The translations under genes were made by a program, and so were the position numbers. The notes beneath the pieces are model-generated. The model was not told the DNA's origin and searched no databases. It worked only from the letters and a program-made list of their open reading frames with translations. This document shows, in pieces, positions 9,743 through 18,046 of a DNA stretch of 55,213 nt. The stretch's first letter is position 1. The number at the start of each line of letters is the position of its first letter. The DNA comes from a virus (taxonomy: Duplodnaviria; Caudoviricetes), in the IMG/VR virus record IMGVR_UViG_3300025117_000079, positions 1-55,213 of that record. One strand, written 5' to 3'.

Positions 9743-10801
9743 CTAGTGTACCGAAATATCACTATAATCAAATTCTTCGGCACATTTTTTGCACAAAAAA
9801 TCATTTCCAACTCTTTCCCAATTATCAGAGTCAAGAGATATTCCACAATAACAACAAAATGTTACATCATTTTCTTTTGATTCTGTCAATTTAACTTTAC
9901 AATCAGGGCAAGTATCTTCATCTATTTCCCAGACTTCATAAAGATTACCACATTGAGGACATTCATAATAATCATAGTAATCTTCTGTTTCTTGTTTCTC
10001 TAAATCAGAATTGAACCAAGTTTTAACATATTCTGATTTACCAAGTTTAGGAAATGTATTATAACCATAATTCCATTTCCTACTATATACTGGTTTTTCA
10101 TACTGATCTGTTATATTTTCTATAATCTCTAAACCAAACTTCCTGGCAGTTTTTAGTTGTGTAATATTTGTGTAATCGGTTGTGGTATGAGGATTATAAT
10201 AACCACAAGATAAATTTACACAACTAATATAATTAGAAACTTCATCTGCATCTGAAAAAGCTCCTGTTACAGATTTATAACCTTTTGGACCTCCAATTAT
10301 CTCTAATTCCTTTTCAAATTCTTCAGTACAGTAATCATTTAGTGTGCCTATAATATTAGTTCCGTTTCTACGGTCAAATAAAAGTCCATAAAGTAGATCT
10401 TCCAAATATTCTGTTTGACAGATATGTTTAATATTACCATTACAAGTTTCTTCTTCAGTAGAAAAGATAAAACTGATATCTGGATGTTCCTCTAATATAG
10501 AAAGACAAATCCAAATACCATTTTTATCGTCTGCTCCTAATGTACCGTCTCCTCTAATCTCAGAATTGTTAATTGTAATTTTCTTAGCTGGTTTTGCATA
10601 AACCTGATCCATATGAGCAAAAACCAATGGTGTATTAGGAATTATTCTATAAATCTGATGATAATTATCAATTTTGAAATCATTAATTCCTAATTTCTTC
10701 AACTTAGACTGGACAAGGTTTGACATTTCTTTTTCTCCAAACGTAGGAGAAAAGGTTCGATAAAGTTCTAGTAAATCTTCAAGAGTAATAATCTTACTCA
10801 T
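9743..10801 (-). CDS. M28/M20-like zinc peptidase with C-terminal Zn ribbons
   Basis: AHMDQV, LGADDKNG, EE, DRR, GYYNPHT; CxxC pairs at the C-terminus. Confidence 0.8.
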   Translation of the reverse strand: MSKIITLEDLLELYRTFSPTFGEKEMSNLVQSKLKKLGINDFKIDNYHQIYRIIPNTPLVFAHMDQVYAKPAKKITINNSEIRGDGTLGADDKNGIWICLSILEEHPDISFIFSTEEETCNGNIKHICQTEYLEDLLYGLLFDRRNGTNIIGTLNDYCTEEFEKELEIIGGPKGYKSVTGAFSDADEVSNYISCVNLSCGYYNPHTTTDYTNITQLKTARKFGLEIIENITDQYEKPVYSRKWNYGYNTFPKLGKSEYVKTWFNSDLEKQETEDYYDYYECPQCGNLYEVWEIDEDTCPDCKVKLTESKENDVTFCCYCGISLDSDNWERVGNDFLCKKCAEEFDYSDISVH

Positions 10802-12344
10802 TTACAGCCTCCGTTTCAGGAATATAGCATTGATCACAAATTTCATCGTCAGCCGATTCGTTCTCTTTTGAAGTTATTTTTTTACAATCTTTACAAACAA
10901 AAAACAAATCCTCAAAACAACCTGAACAATATCCTGCTTTTTCTGATTCTTCATCATCATGATGAACTCCACCACATTCTTCACAAGTAAAATAATCTGA
11001 TTCATAGCATTCTGTGCAAAGAGAATTTCCATCATGTGTAGTATGGGAGTATTCCATTTTTACATATTTTTCACATCCACTGCAAAATACATAATGTCTA
11101 TTTCTACAATATTCACAAATATAATCTTCATTTATTGTTTCAAGCGCATCATCATTATAAACTGCTTCTCCACAATGATGGCAGTTTACATAACTTCTAT
11201 TAAAACAATCTTCACAATATAAACCATCATTAGTAGAATATGAATCCTCTTGATGATATCTTCCACCACAATCATCACAATAGAAATAATCCTCATCACT
11301 ATCTTCATTTAAATAAGATTCTTCAAATGAGGAAAATCCACCAGTATGAGACATATGAGTTATTGAATTACATCCACCACCATAATAAATAAAATCATTA
11401 CTATCAACTCCAACTCCAATTCCATCATAATAAATAGCAGTTATATTTCCATTTACATATCTACCTGTAGTAAATCCAAAACTTCTTCTACAGTATGTTG
11501 TATGAAAACTCGGTCTGGTCATACATTTTATTGAAAGATGTTCCATCAATCCTTTGAACATTTCTTCAGATTGATTACCAAACATTCGAAGACAACAACT
11601 AGAATTGTCTTTATAAAGATTAAATGATCTTTGAATATATTTAAAATGTTTAAATTCTAAATTTTTAGTAGTATATTTGTTTATTTTACCATTTGTGGCA
11701 AAAAAGATATATCTATGTGGATCAAGTAAAGCTGCTGGAAGTCCCATATAGAAAGCATCAGAAAACGTACTTTCTAAATTTAAACAACTTCCGTTGATTG
11801 TGCAGTTCTGATTAGTAGAGCAAAATACATAATCAATGGGGTTTCTAGTTAAACACAATGTCAAAACACCATTTGATCTATTAGATGAAATCTCATTTAC
11901 CTGTTCTTGAGTCAGAATATGATCATCAAGAAGCAATTTAAACAATTTTCTAAACTGCTTCCCAATTTTAATTTTTCCAGTTGAATAAGTATCATAATTT
12001 ATTAATTGATCCCATGCAACACTGCGTTTTTTCATCCAAGGAACTATTTTTTCATAATAATCTATACTTTCCATAATATTACAGTAAACTTTATATCCCA
12101 TATCCATATTTTTATCTGTATTGTCACAATAAAAGAATCTACGTTTGGATACAGGATCAAGTCCCAAAGCCTTATCAATCTCATATTCTTCTTCATTATT
12201 TACATAATTCAAAATTCTCTCATTTGTGTCATCGTCATAAAAGAAATGAGGAAGTAACTTCTCAAATCTTTCATGATTAATCTGATTTGATTCAGGCAAA
12301 ATAACATCATTGAATTCGTCTTTGTTAAATTCTCTAATGTCCAT
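10794..12344 (-). CDS. protein with C-terminal tandem CxxC Zn-finger repeats
   Basis: Repeated C..C...(Y)CE.C units over the last ~160 aa; N-terminal TRNPIDY...SC. Confidence 0.8.
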   Translation of the reverse strand: MDIREFNKDEFNDVILPESNQINHERFEKLLPHFFYDDDTNERILNYVNNEEEYEIDKALGLDPVSKRRFFYCDNTDKNMDMGYKVYCNIMESIDYYEKIVPWMKKRSVAWDQLINYDTYSTGKIKIGKQFRKLFKLLLDDHILTQEQVNEISSNRSNGVLTLCLTRNPIDYVFCSTNQNCTINGSCLNLESTFSDAFYMGLPAALLDPHRYIFFATNGKINKYTTKNLEFKHFKYIQRSFNLYKDNSSCCLRMFGNQSEEMFKGLMEHLSIKCMTRPSFHTTYCRRSFGFTTGRYVNGNITAIYYDGIGVGVDSNDFIYYGGGCNSITHMSHTGGFSSFEESYLNEDSDEDYFYCDDCGGRYHQEDSYSTNDGLYCEDCFNRSYVNCHHCGEAVYNDDALETINEDYICEYCRNRHYVFCSGCEKYVKMEYSHTTHDGNSLCTECYESDYFTCEECGGVHHDDEESEKAGYCSGCFEDLFFVCKDCKKITSKENESADDEICDQCYIPETEAVNE

Positions 12345-12347
12345 AAA

Positions 12348-12674
12348 TTAACTCCTCTTCTGATATTTTTGATAGAGAAATTTCCAAAAATTAATGGTAT
12401 AGTTATTTGATTTTTCTATTTCTAATCTAATGTGATGCCGTAAAATTACCCAAGGAACATCTTCAAGGTTAAATGTTTTAGTTTCTGTTTCATTTTTAAT
12501 TTTAAGCTGTAAGTTGCCATCTTTCATTTCTCCAATAAAGGAACAATATACATTTCCTTTTTGGAATGCTTCAGGCCAAATTTGTCGAATAGCTAATGAT
12601 CTTTCTAATTTTAAATGTAATTCCTCTCTTAGTTTTATTTTTTCTTGCAAATTCTTCCATGTTTCATTGATCAT
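12348..12674 (-). CDS. hypothetical protein
   Basis: ORF with GGAGG RBS. Confidence 0.7.
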   Translation of the reverse strand: MINETWKNLQEKIKLREELHLKLERSLAIRQIWPEAFQKGNVYCSFIGEMKDGNLQLKIKNETETKTFNLEDVPWVILRHHIRLEIEKSNNYTINFWKFLYQKYQKRS

Positions 12675-12691
12675 AAATCCTCCTTTGTTAA

Positions 12692-12738
12692 ATATTAAAA
12701 ATTGTCTTAAGTATAATATTTAAGACAATTTTTAATAT
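12692..12738. promoter_or_regulatory. perfect 19-bp inverted repeat overlapping a possible minus-strand sigma-70 promoter
   Basis: atattaaaaattgtcttaa-N9-ttaagacaatttttaatat; minus strand reads TTGATA-N17-TATTAT. Confidence 0.5.
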
Positions 12739-12780
12739 CAAGAGATAAGAGAAAAAAACTCCTACCTCTTGAAAAATGTA

Positions 12781-12966
12781 TTAGTTTTTTGGTATATATC
12801 CACCCATTGTTTTTACCCACGAAATATCTTCCTCTGTTGCTTCTCTTACTATATCTTTATAATTATAAGTTCCTACCTCAATTTTAATTTCTTTTTTAGC
12901 CTGTTCTATATTTCTATATTTTCTAATTCCACAGCCCATATCAGATTCAAAATAGTAAAAAGGCAT
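12781..12966 (-). CDS. hypothetical protein
   Basis: ORF with RBS; VREATEEDI.WV..MGG. Confidence 0.7.
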   Translation of the reverse strand: MPFYYFESDMGCGIRKYRNIEQAKKEIKIEVGTYNYKDIVREATEEDISWVKTMGGYIPKN

Positions 12967-12968
12967 AC

Positions 12969-13112
12969 CTAAACTCCTTTATAAATAATAGGATTGATAA
13001 AAAACTTCAGTATGGTTAATATCCTAATTGTGTTTTTTCTACTTATTCCAAATTCCACAAATCTGCAATATAGGTGTCCACAATTGAATTTATGTTGTAT
13101 CCAATTTCTCAT
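12969..13112 (-). CDS. 47-aa protein MRNWIQHKFNCGHLYCRF...
   Basis: Hand translation; GGAGG RBS. Confidence 0.65.
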   Translation of the reverse strand: MRNWIQHKFNCGHLYCRFVEFGISRKNTIRILTILKFFINPIIYKGV

Positions 13113-13130
13113 AAGACACCTCCTTTTTAT

Positions 13131-13385
13131 TTATACCTCTTCTTCTTCATATTCTCCATAATCATAAGAGTTCACTCCAATTCCAATAAAATCTTGTATT
13201 TCTCCTGTAAAAACATTTAGCATTAATATTCCATTTGTTTTTAGAGTTGCTATACATAAAGATTTTCCTATAGAATTGTTTGTAGAATCTTCTAAAATTA
13301 TATCAATGTTCCCTTCTTTGGATTTAGTCAAAAACACATCAATAATCTTTTCTTTTTTAACTTCTTTATTTCTGAGTCTAAACAT
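13131..13385 (-). CDS. hypothetical protein
   Basis: ORF with RBS. Confidence 0.65.
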   Translation of the reverse strand: MFRLRNKEVKKEKIIDVFLTKSKEGNIDIILEDSTNNSIGKSLCIATLKTNGILMLNVFTGEIQDFIGIGVNSYDYGEYEEEEV

Positions 13386-13416
13386 AATTATTCTCCTTAA
13401 ATCTTATTTTTTTGTA

Positions 13417-13620
13417 TTAATATCCCAATAGAAGTTTTTTATTCTTTTTCAAAAACAGCTCCAAACTTTTTTTCAATGACTCCAAAATCCTAATTTGAGT
13501 TACTTTCTGTTCTTCTAGTGGATCAATATTTGTTAAATATAAATTTATATGTCCTTTAATATCTCCTTTTATAGAAACTTTAAGTATTTTATCTTTTATA
13601 TTACCTTGCAAAATAAACAT
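13417..13620 (-). CDS. hypothetical protein
   Basis: ORF with RBS. Confidence 0.6.
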   Translation of the reverse strand: MFILQGNIKDKILKVSIKGDIKGHINLYLTNIDPLEEQKVTQIRILESLKKSLELFLKKNKKLLLGY

Positions 13621-13635
13621 AGTTACTCTCCTTTC

Positions 13636-13872
13636 TCACATTGTTTCTATATAATCTTGAATTATAAGATCTGCTATTACTGGATTGAATTTAGATTGTT
13701 TGAAGGATTTACCTACTCGAATTATGTTATTGCTACAGAGAAATAAAAGCTGATTATTAAAGTTATTTCTGTTTTTATAAACCTCAATTTTAGTTTTAGG
13801 AAATGTTGCTATTAAATGCATGTTCATTTTGTTAGTTAAATAAGAAACAATCATTTGCCGATCAGATAGCAT
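13636..13872 (-). CDS. hypothetical protein
   Basis: ORF coupled to the upstream stop. Confidence 0.6.
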   Translation of the reverse strand: MLSDRQMIVSYLTNKMNMHLIATFPKTKIEVYKNRNNFNNQLLFLCSNNIIRVGKSFKQSKFNPVIADLIIQDYIETM

Positions 13873-14123
13873 TAGGTTCTCCTTATGGGTTTAAGATTTT
13901 CAAATTCATTATACATTTCCCACCAATTTTCTGCTACTACTGGACAATTAAATTCAAATTTAAAAGGAATACATGAATCACATCTATAACATCTTAAAGA
14001 CATATCTCTATTTTCATAATTACCATCATAATAAATAGGAGTAGCTTCTGGTTGCTTTTTTATACTTTTTGCATGTTTGTGACAGAAAATCTTCTTTTTG
14101 GTATAGTAACCTACAATTTCCAT
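13872..14123 (-). CDS. small Cys-containing phage protein (start MEIVGYY)
   Basis: GGAGG RBS before 14123; C..H and C..C motifs. Confidence 0.65.
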   Translation of the reverse strand: MEIVGYYTKKKIFCHKHAKSIKKQPEATPIYYDGNYENRDMSLRCYRCDSCIPFKFEFNCPVVAENWWEMYNEFENLKPIRRT

Positions 14124-14146
14124 AGTTAAATCCTCCATATTAGATT

Positions 14147-14200
14147 TAAACTACCATTTCTGCTATCTAGTTCAAAACTAAATAGCAGAGAGGGAGTTTA
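14147..14200 (-). promoter_or_regulatory. stop-to-RBS hairpin (putative RNA processing/stabilising site)
   Basis: TAAAC...CTGCTA...TAGCAG...GTTTA; no U-tract. Confidence 0.5.
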
Positions 14201-14596
14201 AACTTCTTTTTCTAGAATTTGGTAATATGTAAGAAATTTATTCTTGTAATCGTCCCTATCAAAATCATCATAAACTATAATTGGTTCTGATCCATCATTT
14301 GTTCCGTGATCTTCTATAATTTCTATTGCCTCTTTTATAGATTTTGCAGTATCTATAAAAACATCAAGTATTGTAAAAAATTCATCAGTATATGTTATTA
14401 TATAAATCTTTTTAGGGTTATCATCTCTGTCTTCATCTAATTTCCAGATAATTTTATGTCCACATTCTGAGCAATATTTATCATATTCTCTTATCTTCTC
14501 TTCTCCACAGTTTTGACAAATATAATATTTTTGATATGTTTCAAATTCATCAGAAAAGTCTTCATTTGTAATAATAACCGTTTTATCAGTAGTCAT
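14198..14596 (-). CDS. Zn-ribbon protein
   Basis: CQNCG...YCSECG; start MTTDK follows an RBS. Confidence 0.7.
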   Translation of the reverse strand: MTTDKTVIITNEDFSDEFETYQKYYICQNCGEEKIREYDKYCSECGHKIIWKLDEDRDDNPKKIYIITYTDEFFTILDVFIDTAKSIKEAIEIIEDHGTNDGSEPIIVYDDFDRDDYKNKFLTYYQILEKEV

Positions 14597-14598
14597 AA

Positions 14599-15303
14599 TT
14601 ATTCTCCTTTCAACCAATTAGTTTTCAAACATTCCATACTTCTTTTGGCATTATCAAGATTTCTATATGATTCTACAAAATAATTAATGGAATCAATAGC
14701 TTGATTAAGAATTATAATCTGACTATGTTCAATTCCAATAGTCTGAAGATATTCTGAATAAGAAGAATCATAAATATCCAAAACCTTTTTTACTTGCCTA
14801 TGAAGCATTATAACATCCAACGCCCCATAATAAGATTTGGTCATAAATTTAACTACTGAATTTATAGATCCATCAGCCCACCTTGGAATTCTTTCCCATC
14901 TTCTGTCATATTGTTTATTTTCTGATCGAGAAATCTTTCTCTCACTTTCAGAATAATAAACAATTTTCTCATCATTATATTTAAGATTAGAATAAAACAG
15001 TATATCTTCATTTGAATCTTTCATATCTCTCCAAGAAGAAGAGATAATTGGAATTTCATCTTGATTATGGAAAAGATTAATTGCCAATGATCCAAGAAAA
15101 TCAATCATATTTGTAGCAGAAACTGGATATTCAGGAGAATGTTTAGTAGGATAATCATCATAACAATCAAATTGTGTAGCATAAGAATTAATAAAGCTGG
15201 AAGGATTAGAATAAAAACTCATAGGAGTATCTGTTGCTCCAGATCTCCAGCAATAACCAATCTTCTCATTCATTTGCGACCGAAAAGTAATTTCTTTTCC
15301 CAT
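14599..15303 (-). CDS. hypothetical protein
   Basis: 234-aa ORF with RBS. Confidence 0.75.
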   Translation of the reverse strand: MGKEITFRSQMNEKIGYCWRSGATDTPMSFYSNPSSFINSYATQFDCYDDYPTKHSPEYPVSATNMIDFLGSLAINLFHNQDEIPIISSSWRDMKDSNEDILFYSNLKYNDEKIVYYSESERKISRSENKQYDRRWERIPRWADGSINSVVKFMTKSYYGALDVIMLHRQVKKVLDIYDSSYSEYLQTIGIEHSQIIILNQAIDSINYFVESYRNLDNAKRSMECLKTNWLKGE

Positions 15304-15304
15304 C

Positions 15305-15724
15305 TTAATTCTCCTTTTTAATAACTGTCATTTCTTTAACTACTACGGATTTACAACCATTTTGTAATCCAGTAGCACAAATATTTTTAGGATCTGTGGA
15401 ATAGGTTACTTTGAAGATTTTAACAAATTTATATGAAGGACCAAATCCTTGTCTTTTTATATAGTTAATTGCTGCATGTTTAGTACAAAAGATATGAAAT
15501 CCAGTATCATAAAATTGTCCATCTGAATAATTAAATTCTAGTTTTATTGTTTCTTCATTCAAAAGGTTAGGAAATCTATAATCTGCTTCATTTACTTTTT
15601 CATTAAACGGAATAGGTTTTGAAAGTCCCTGCTGAATTGTATAGCAATCATTATATGCAGATTCTTCCAAAATCTTATATCCTACTCCAGACACAGAAAA
15701 ATCTTTTTGTTTATCTAAACACAT
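15305..15724 (-). CDS. MCLD-family hypothetical protein (paralog 2)
   Basis: MCLD, GYK, GFHIF, GLQ..VVVKEM. Confidence 0.75.
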   Translation of the reverse strand: MCLDKQKDFSVSGVGYKILEESAYNDCYTIQQGLSKPIPFNEKVNEADYRFPNLLNEETIKLEFNYSDGQFYDTGFHIFCTKHAAINYIKRQGFGPSYKFVKIFKVTYSTDPKNICATGLQNGCKSVVVKEMTVIKKEN

Positions 15725-15727
15725 AAT

Positions 15728-15865
15728 TTATACCTCAAACCAAATATTAACTACTCTATCAGAAAGTCTGATCATTTGACGCCAAATCTCTTCAGTTTCT
15801 TGATTACCATTATAAATGCAATCATTTTCTGGACACATAAGATCGAACCAATAGAGTTTAGTCAT
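15728..15865 (-). CDS. 45-aa microprotein MTKLYWFD...
   Basis: AAGGAG RBS before 15865; paralog of 16722-16862. Confidence 0.7.
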   Translation of the reverse strand: MTKLYWFDLMCPENDCIYNGNQETEEIWRQMIRLSDRVVNIWFEV

Positions 15866-15889
15866 AAAAATTCTCCTTCTATCTAGATT

Positions 15890-15944
15890 TAAACAACCAT
15901 TTCTGAATATAATCAATTCGGATTATATTCAGAATGAGAGTTTA
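15890..15944 (-). promoter_or_regulatory. stop-to-RBS hairpin
   Basis: 14-bp stem TTCTGAATATAATC/GATTATATTCAGAA closed by TAAAC/GTTTA. Confidence 0.55.
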
Positions 15945-16355
15945 AATTTCATCATCCAAAACCATCATTTCTTTTGCTACTACAGTTTGAAACAAACTTT
16001 CTTGAATTCCTTTTGCTACTATATTTCTAAACTTTACTTTTTTAATAAAATAGTTACTTCTACATGGTATTTGCGATTCAAAAAACTTTTCAGCATCATT
16101 TTTGTTTATAAAAATGTGAAATCCTGGTTTGTATTTTGTAAATGGAGATATTTCTATTTCTTTTTCATTTGTAGATTTGAGTTTCCAAAAACATGGATTT
16201 CTATAATCTTTTTCTTTTAACCAAATATTTGTTGGGTATTCTTTTTCTGTATTTCCTGCCCAAAATACTCCATAGAGTTTCCTTTTTCTATTAAGAAACA
16301 TTTTATATCCTTCATCACTCTTAATTTCAAATTCTGATAGGAAATCTAAACACAT
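15942..16355 (-). CDS. MCLD-family hypothetical protein (paralog 3)
   Basis: MCLD, EGYK, TNIW, GFHIF, AKGIQ, VAKEM. Confidence 0.75.
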   Translation of the reverse strand: MCLDFLSEFEIKSDEGYKMFLNRKRKLYGVFWAGNTEKEYPTNIWLKEKDYRNPCFWKLKSTNEKEIEISPFTKYKPGFHIFINKNDAEKFFESQIPCRSNYFIKKVKFRNIVAKGIQESLFQTVVAKEMMVLDDEI

Positions 16356-16395
16356 GATATTCCTCCTTAAATTTTGGGACCTTTGAAGACCTCTA

Positions 16396-16596
16396 TTATC
16401 TTTTTATTGTTTCGACTCTAAACGATTCAAACATTTCTTTAAGATCCTTATTCATTCTGTTATTAATATTTAACAGTTTATAAAATAAATCCGAATTACC
16501 AATAGTTTTAAATGCAAAACCAAGATCTTCTAATTCTGTTATACAATTCTTAATATCCTTTTCTGCATCAAAGTACTTTTGTAAATTATCTATCAT
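16396..16596 (-). CDS. hypothetical protein
   Basis: ORF with RBS. Confidence 0.6.
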   Translation of the reverse strand: MIDNLQKYFDAEKDIKNCITELEDLGFAFKTIGNSDLFYKLLNINNRMNKDLKEMFESFRVETIKR

Positions 16597-16598
16597 AA

Positions 16599-16670
16599 TT
16601 ATTCTCCTTTAATACTTAAGAAAACAATTCCTGAAAAGCAAATTAGAATGATGATTAGAAGTAGGTCCAT
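16599..16670 (-). CDS. 23-aa single-TM peptide MDLLLIIILICFSGIVFLSIKGE
   Basis: Hand translation; GGAGG RBS. Confidence 0.5.
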   Translation of the reverse strand: MDLLLIIILICFSGIVFLSIKGE

Positions 16671-16721
16671 ATAAATCCTCCTATAATGAAAGAATATTAA
16701 AAAGTGATAATAAATGAAGAA

Positions 16722-16862
16722 CTAAAGCTGTTTAATCCAGTCAATAACAGCTTGTTTTGGTGCTCTTTTCAGTGAAAGCCAAATTTCAGATGTAATACTG
16801 TTCCTGGTATATTTTCCATCTGAAGAAAGATAAAGCCAGTCAAACCACATTAGTTTAGTCAT
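16722..16862 (-). CDS. 46-aa microprotein MTKLMWFD...
   Basis: Hand translation; RBS GGAGGATTTAGAAATG. Confidence 0.7.
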   Translation of the reverse strand: MTKLMWFDWLYLSSDGKYTRNSITSEIWLSLKRAPKQAVIDWIKQL

Positions 16863-16889
16863 TTCTAAATCCTCCATATTATTAGATAG

Positions 16890-16953
16890 TTAAACACCTA
16901 TTAATAAGCATAAACTAAAAGGAATAGTTTATGCTTAATGGATAGAGGTTTAA
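16890..16953 (-). promoter_or_regulatory. stop-to-RBS hairpin
   Basis: 13-bp stem TAAGCATAAACTA/TAGTTTATGCTTA closed by TAAAC/GTTTA. Confidence 0.55.
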
Positions 16954-17087
16954 CCTTGAAAGTATTGATTAATGGTTTTTTCTGAAATTGTAGTTTTAAG
17001 TGAGAAATATATTCTTCCAGTAAAAGAATAGGAATTAAATTCATTATCTGCCATGATCATTTGAGTAAAAAACCATAATTTATACAT
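16950..17087 (-). CDS. 45-aa microprotein MYKLWFF...
   Basis: Hand translation; RBS identical to that of 16862. Confidence 0.65.
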   Translation of the reverse strand: MYKLWFFTQMIMADNEFNSYSFTGRIYFSLKTTISEKTINQYFQG

Positions 17088-17265
17088 TTCTAAATCCTCC
17101 TATATAAGAGAAATAATTTCGGACCTTTATCAACTTCTATTATAAAAATTTCGGACCGCCAAAGCACCCTATTAACAAAAAACGGAATATTTGGTATTTC
17201 CTGAAATTAGGGAATACTTCATTTTTAGGCTCCACCAAACATTTGGTTTTGCAAGAAACACACCA

Positions 17266-17343
17266 AAACATTTGTTTTAAACATTTGTTTTAAACATTTG
17301 TTTAAAACGATCGTTTGAAACATCCGTTTTAAACATCCGTTTG
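17266..17343. repeat. six tandem 13-bp palindromic units AAAC-N4-GTTT-N
   Basis: aaacatttgttt x3, aaacgatcgttt, aaacatccgttt x2 at an exact 13-bp period. Confidence 0.9.
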
Positions 17344-17369
17344 AATTTTCAACTGTAAAGTTTTTTTCC

Positions 17370-17396
17370 ATAGGTGTAAAGTTATTTTACACCTAT
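17370..17396. repeat. 11-bp perfect inverted repeat at the end of ORF 17382-17570
   Basis: ataggtgtaaa-N5-tttacacctat. Confidence 0.7.
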
Positions 17397-17570
17397 AGGT
17401 TTTCCAAAAGACCATAACCTTGAAATTGTTTTGCTCTGATTGTACCCAGTAACAGGATATGCGGCAGAAATGAGAGGCTGAAAAATCCGCTCTTGTATAT
17501 CCATTGACTTCAGATAACGAGTCCCCATGCTGTTCATACGAACAGTCTTAAATTGAGCCCTATGTTTCAT
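17382..17570 (-). CDS. hypothetical early protein
   Basis: AAGGAGG RBS. Confidence 0.65.
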   Translation of the reverse strand: MKHRAQFKTVRMNSMGTRYLKSMDIQERIFQPLISAAYPVTGYNQSKTISRLWSFGKPIGVK

Positions 17571-17579
17571 ATTGCCTCC

Positions 17580-17630
17580 TTAAAACACAAATCCCCATAC
17601 TGTTATGAGCAGTATGGGGAATAGGGTTAA
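17580..17630 (-). promoter_or_regulatory. intergenic hairpin ending at an RBS
   Basis: TCCCCATACTG/CAGTATGGGGA stem. Confidence 0.55.
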
Positions 17631-17641
17631 CTTCGAGAATA

Positions 17642-17779
17642 CTAGGCTTTTCTGGGCCTACAGTAATGAAGCGGACCTAACATCAAATGGTAACTATTCT
17701 TGCGATCAAGGATAGTCAAGTAGTTTGCCAAGTACCATACAAACCCTTGAAATTCAATTCTCATAGGTACGCTGTTCAT
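17642..17779 (-). CDS. 45-aa hypothetical protein MNSVPMRIEF...
   Basis: Hand translation; GGAGGG upstream. Confidence 0.45.
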   Translation of the reverse strand: MNSVPMRIEFQGFVWYLANYLTILDRKNSYHLMLGPLHYCRPRKA

Positions 17780-17885
17780 TTTTCATTCCCTCCATAATTA
17801 GAGTAAACAATCGACTGTTAATCGACAAACCGATTAACAGAACGGAAACAAACAAAACAATACAGGTTATAATTAGACTGGTCAT
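17754..17885 (-). CDS. 43-aa TM peptide MTSLIITCIVLFVSVLL...
   Basis: Hand translation; ATGA-coupled to the upstream peptide. Confidence 0.5.
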   Translation of the reverse strand: MTSLIITCIVLFVSVLLIGLSINSRLFTLIMEGMKNEQRTYEN

Positions 17886-17959
17886 ACTCTATCCGTAAAA
17901 TACACAATAGTAGAGTAAATGCCGATAAAAACCAATAACAGTATTGCAAGTCCTAACAT
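17882..17959 (-). CDS. 25-aa TM peptide MLGLAILLLVFIGIYSTIVYFTDRV
   Basis: Hand translation; GGAGGAG RBS. Confidence 0.55.
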   Translation of the reverse strand: MLGLAILLLVFIGIYSTIVYFTDRV

Positions 17960-17984
17960 TTTCTCACTCCTCCGATGTTTGGTT

Positions 17985-18046
17985 TAACCCGCTTATTCCT
18001 TGCCTCATACTCCTAATTCGAGCATAAGGCAAGAATAAGAGGGTTA
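17985..18046 (-). promoter_or_regulatory. long imperfect stop-to-RBS hairpin
   Basis: TAACCC-CTTATTC-TTGCCT...AGGCAA-GAATAAG-GGGTTA. Confidence 0.6.
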
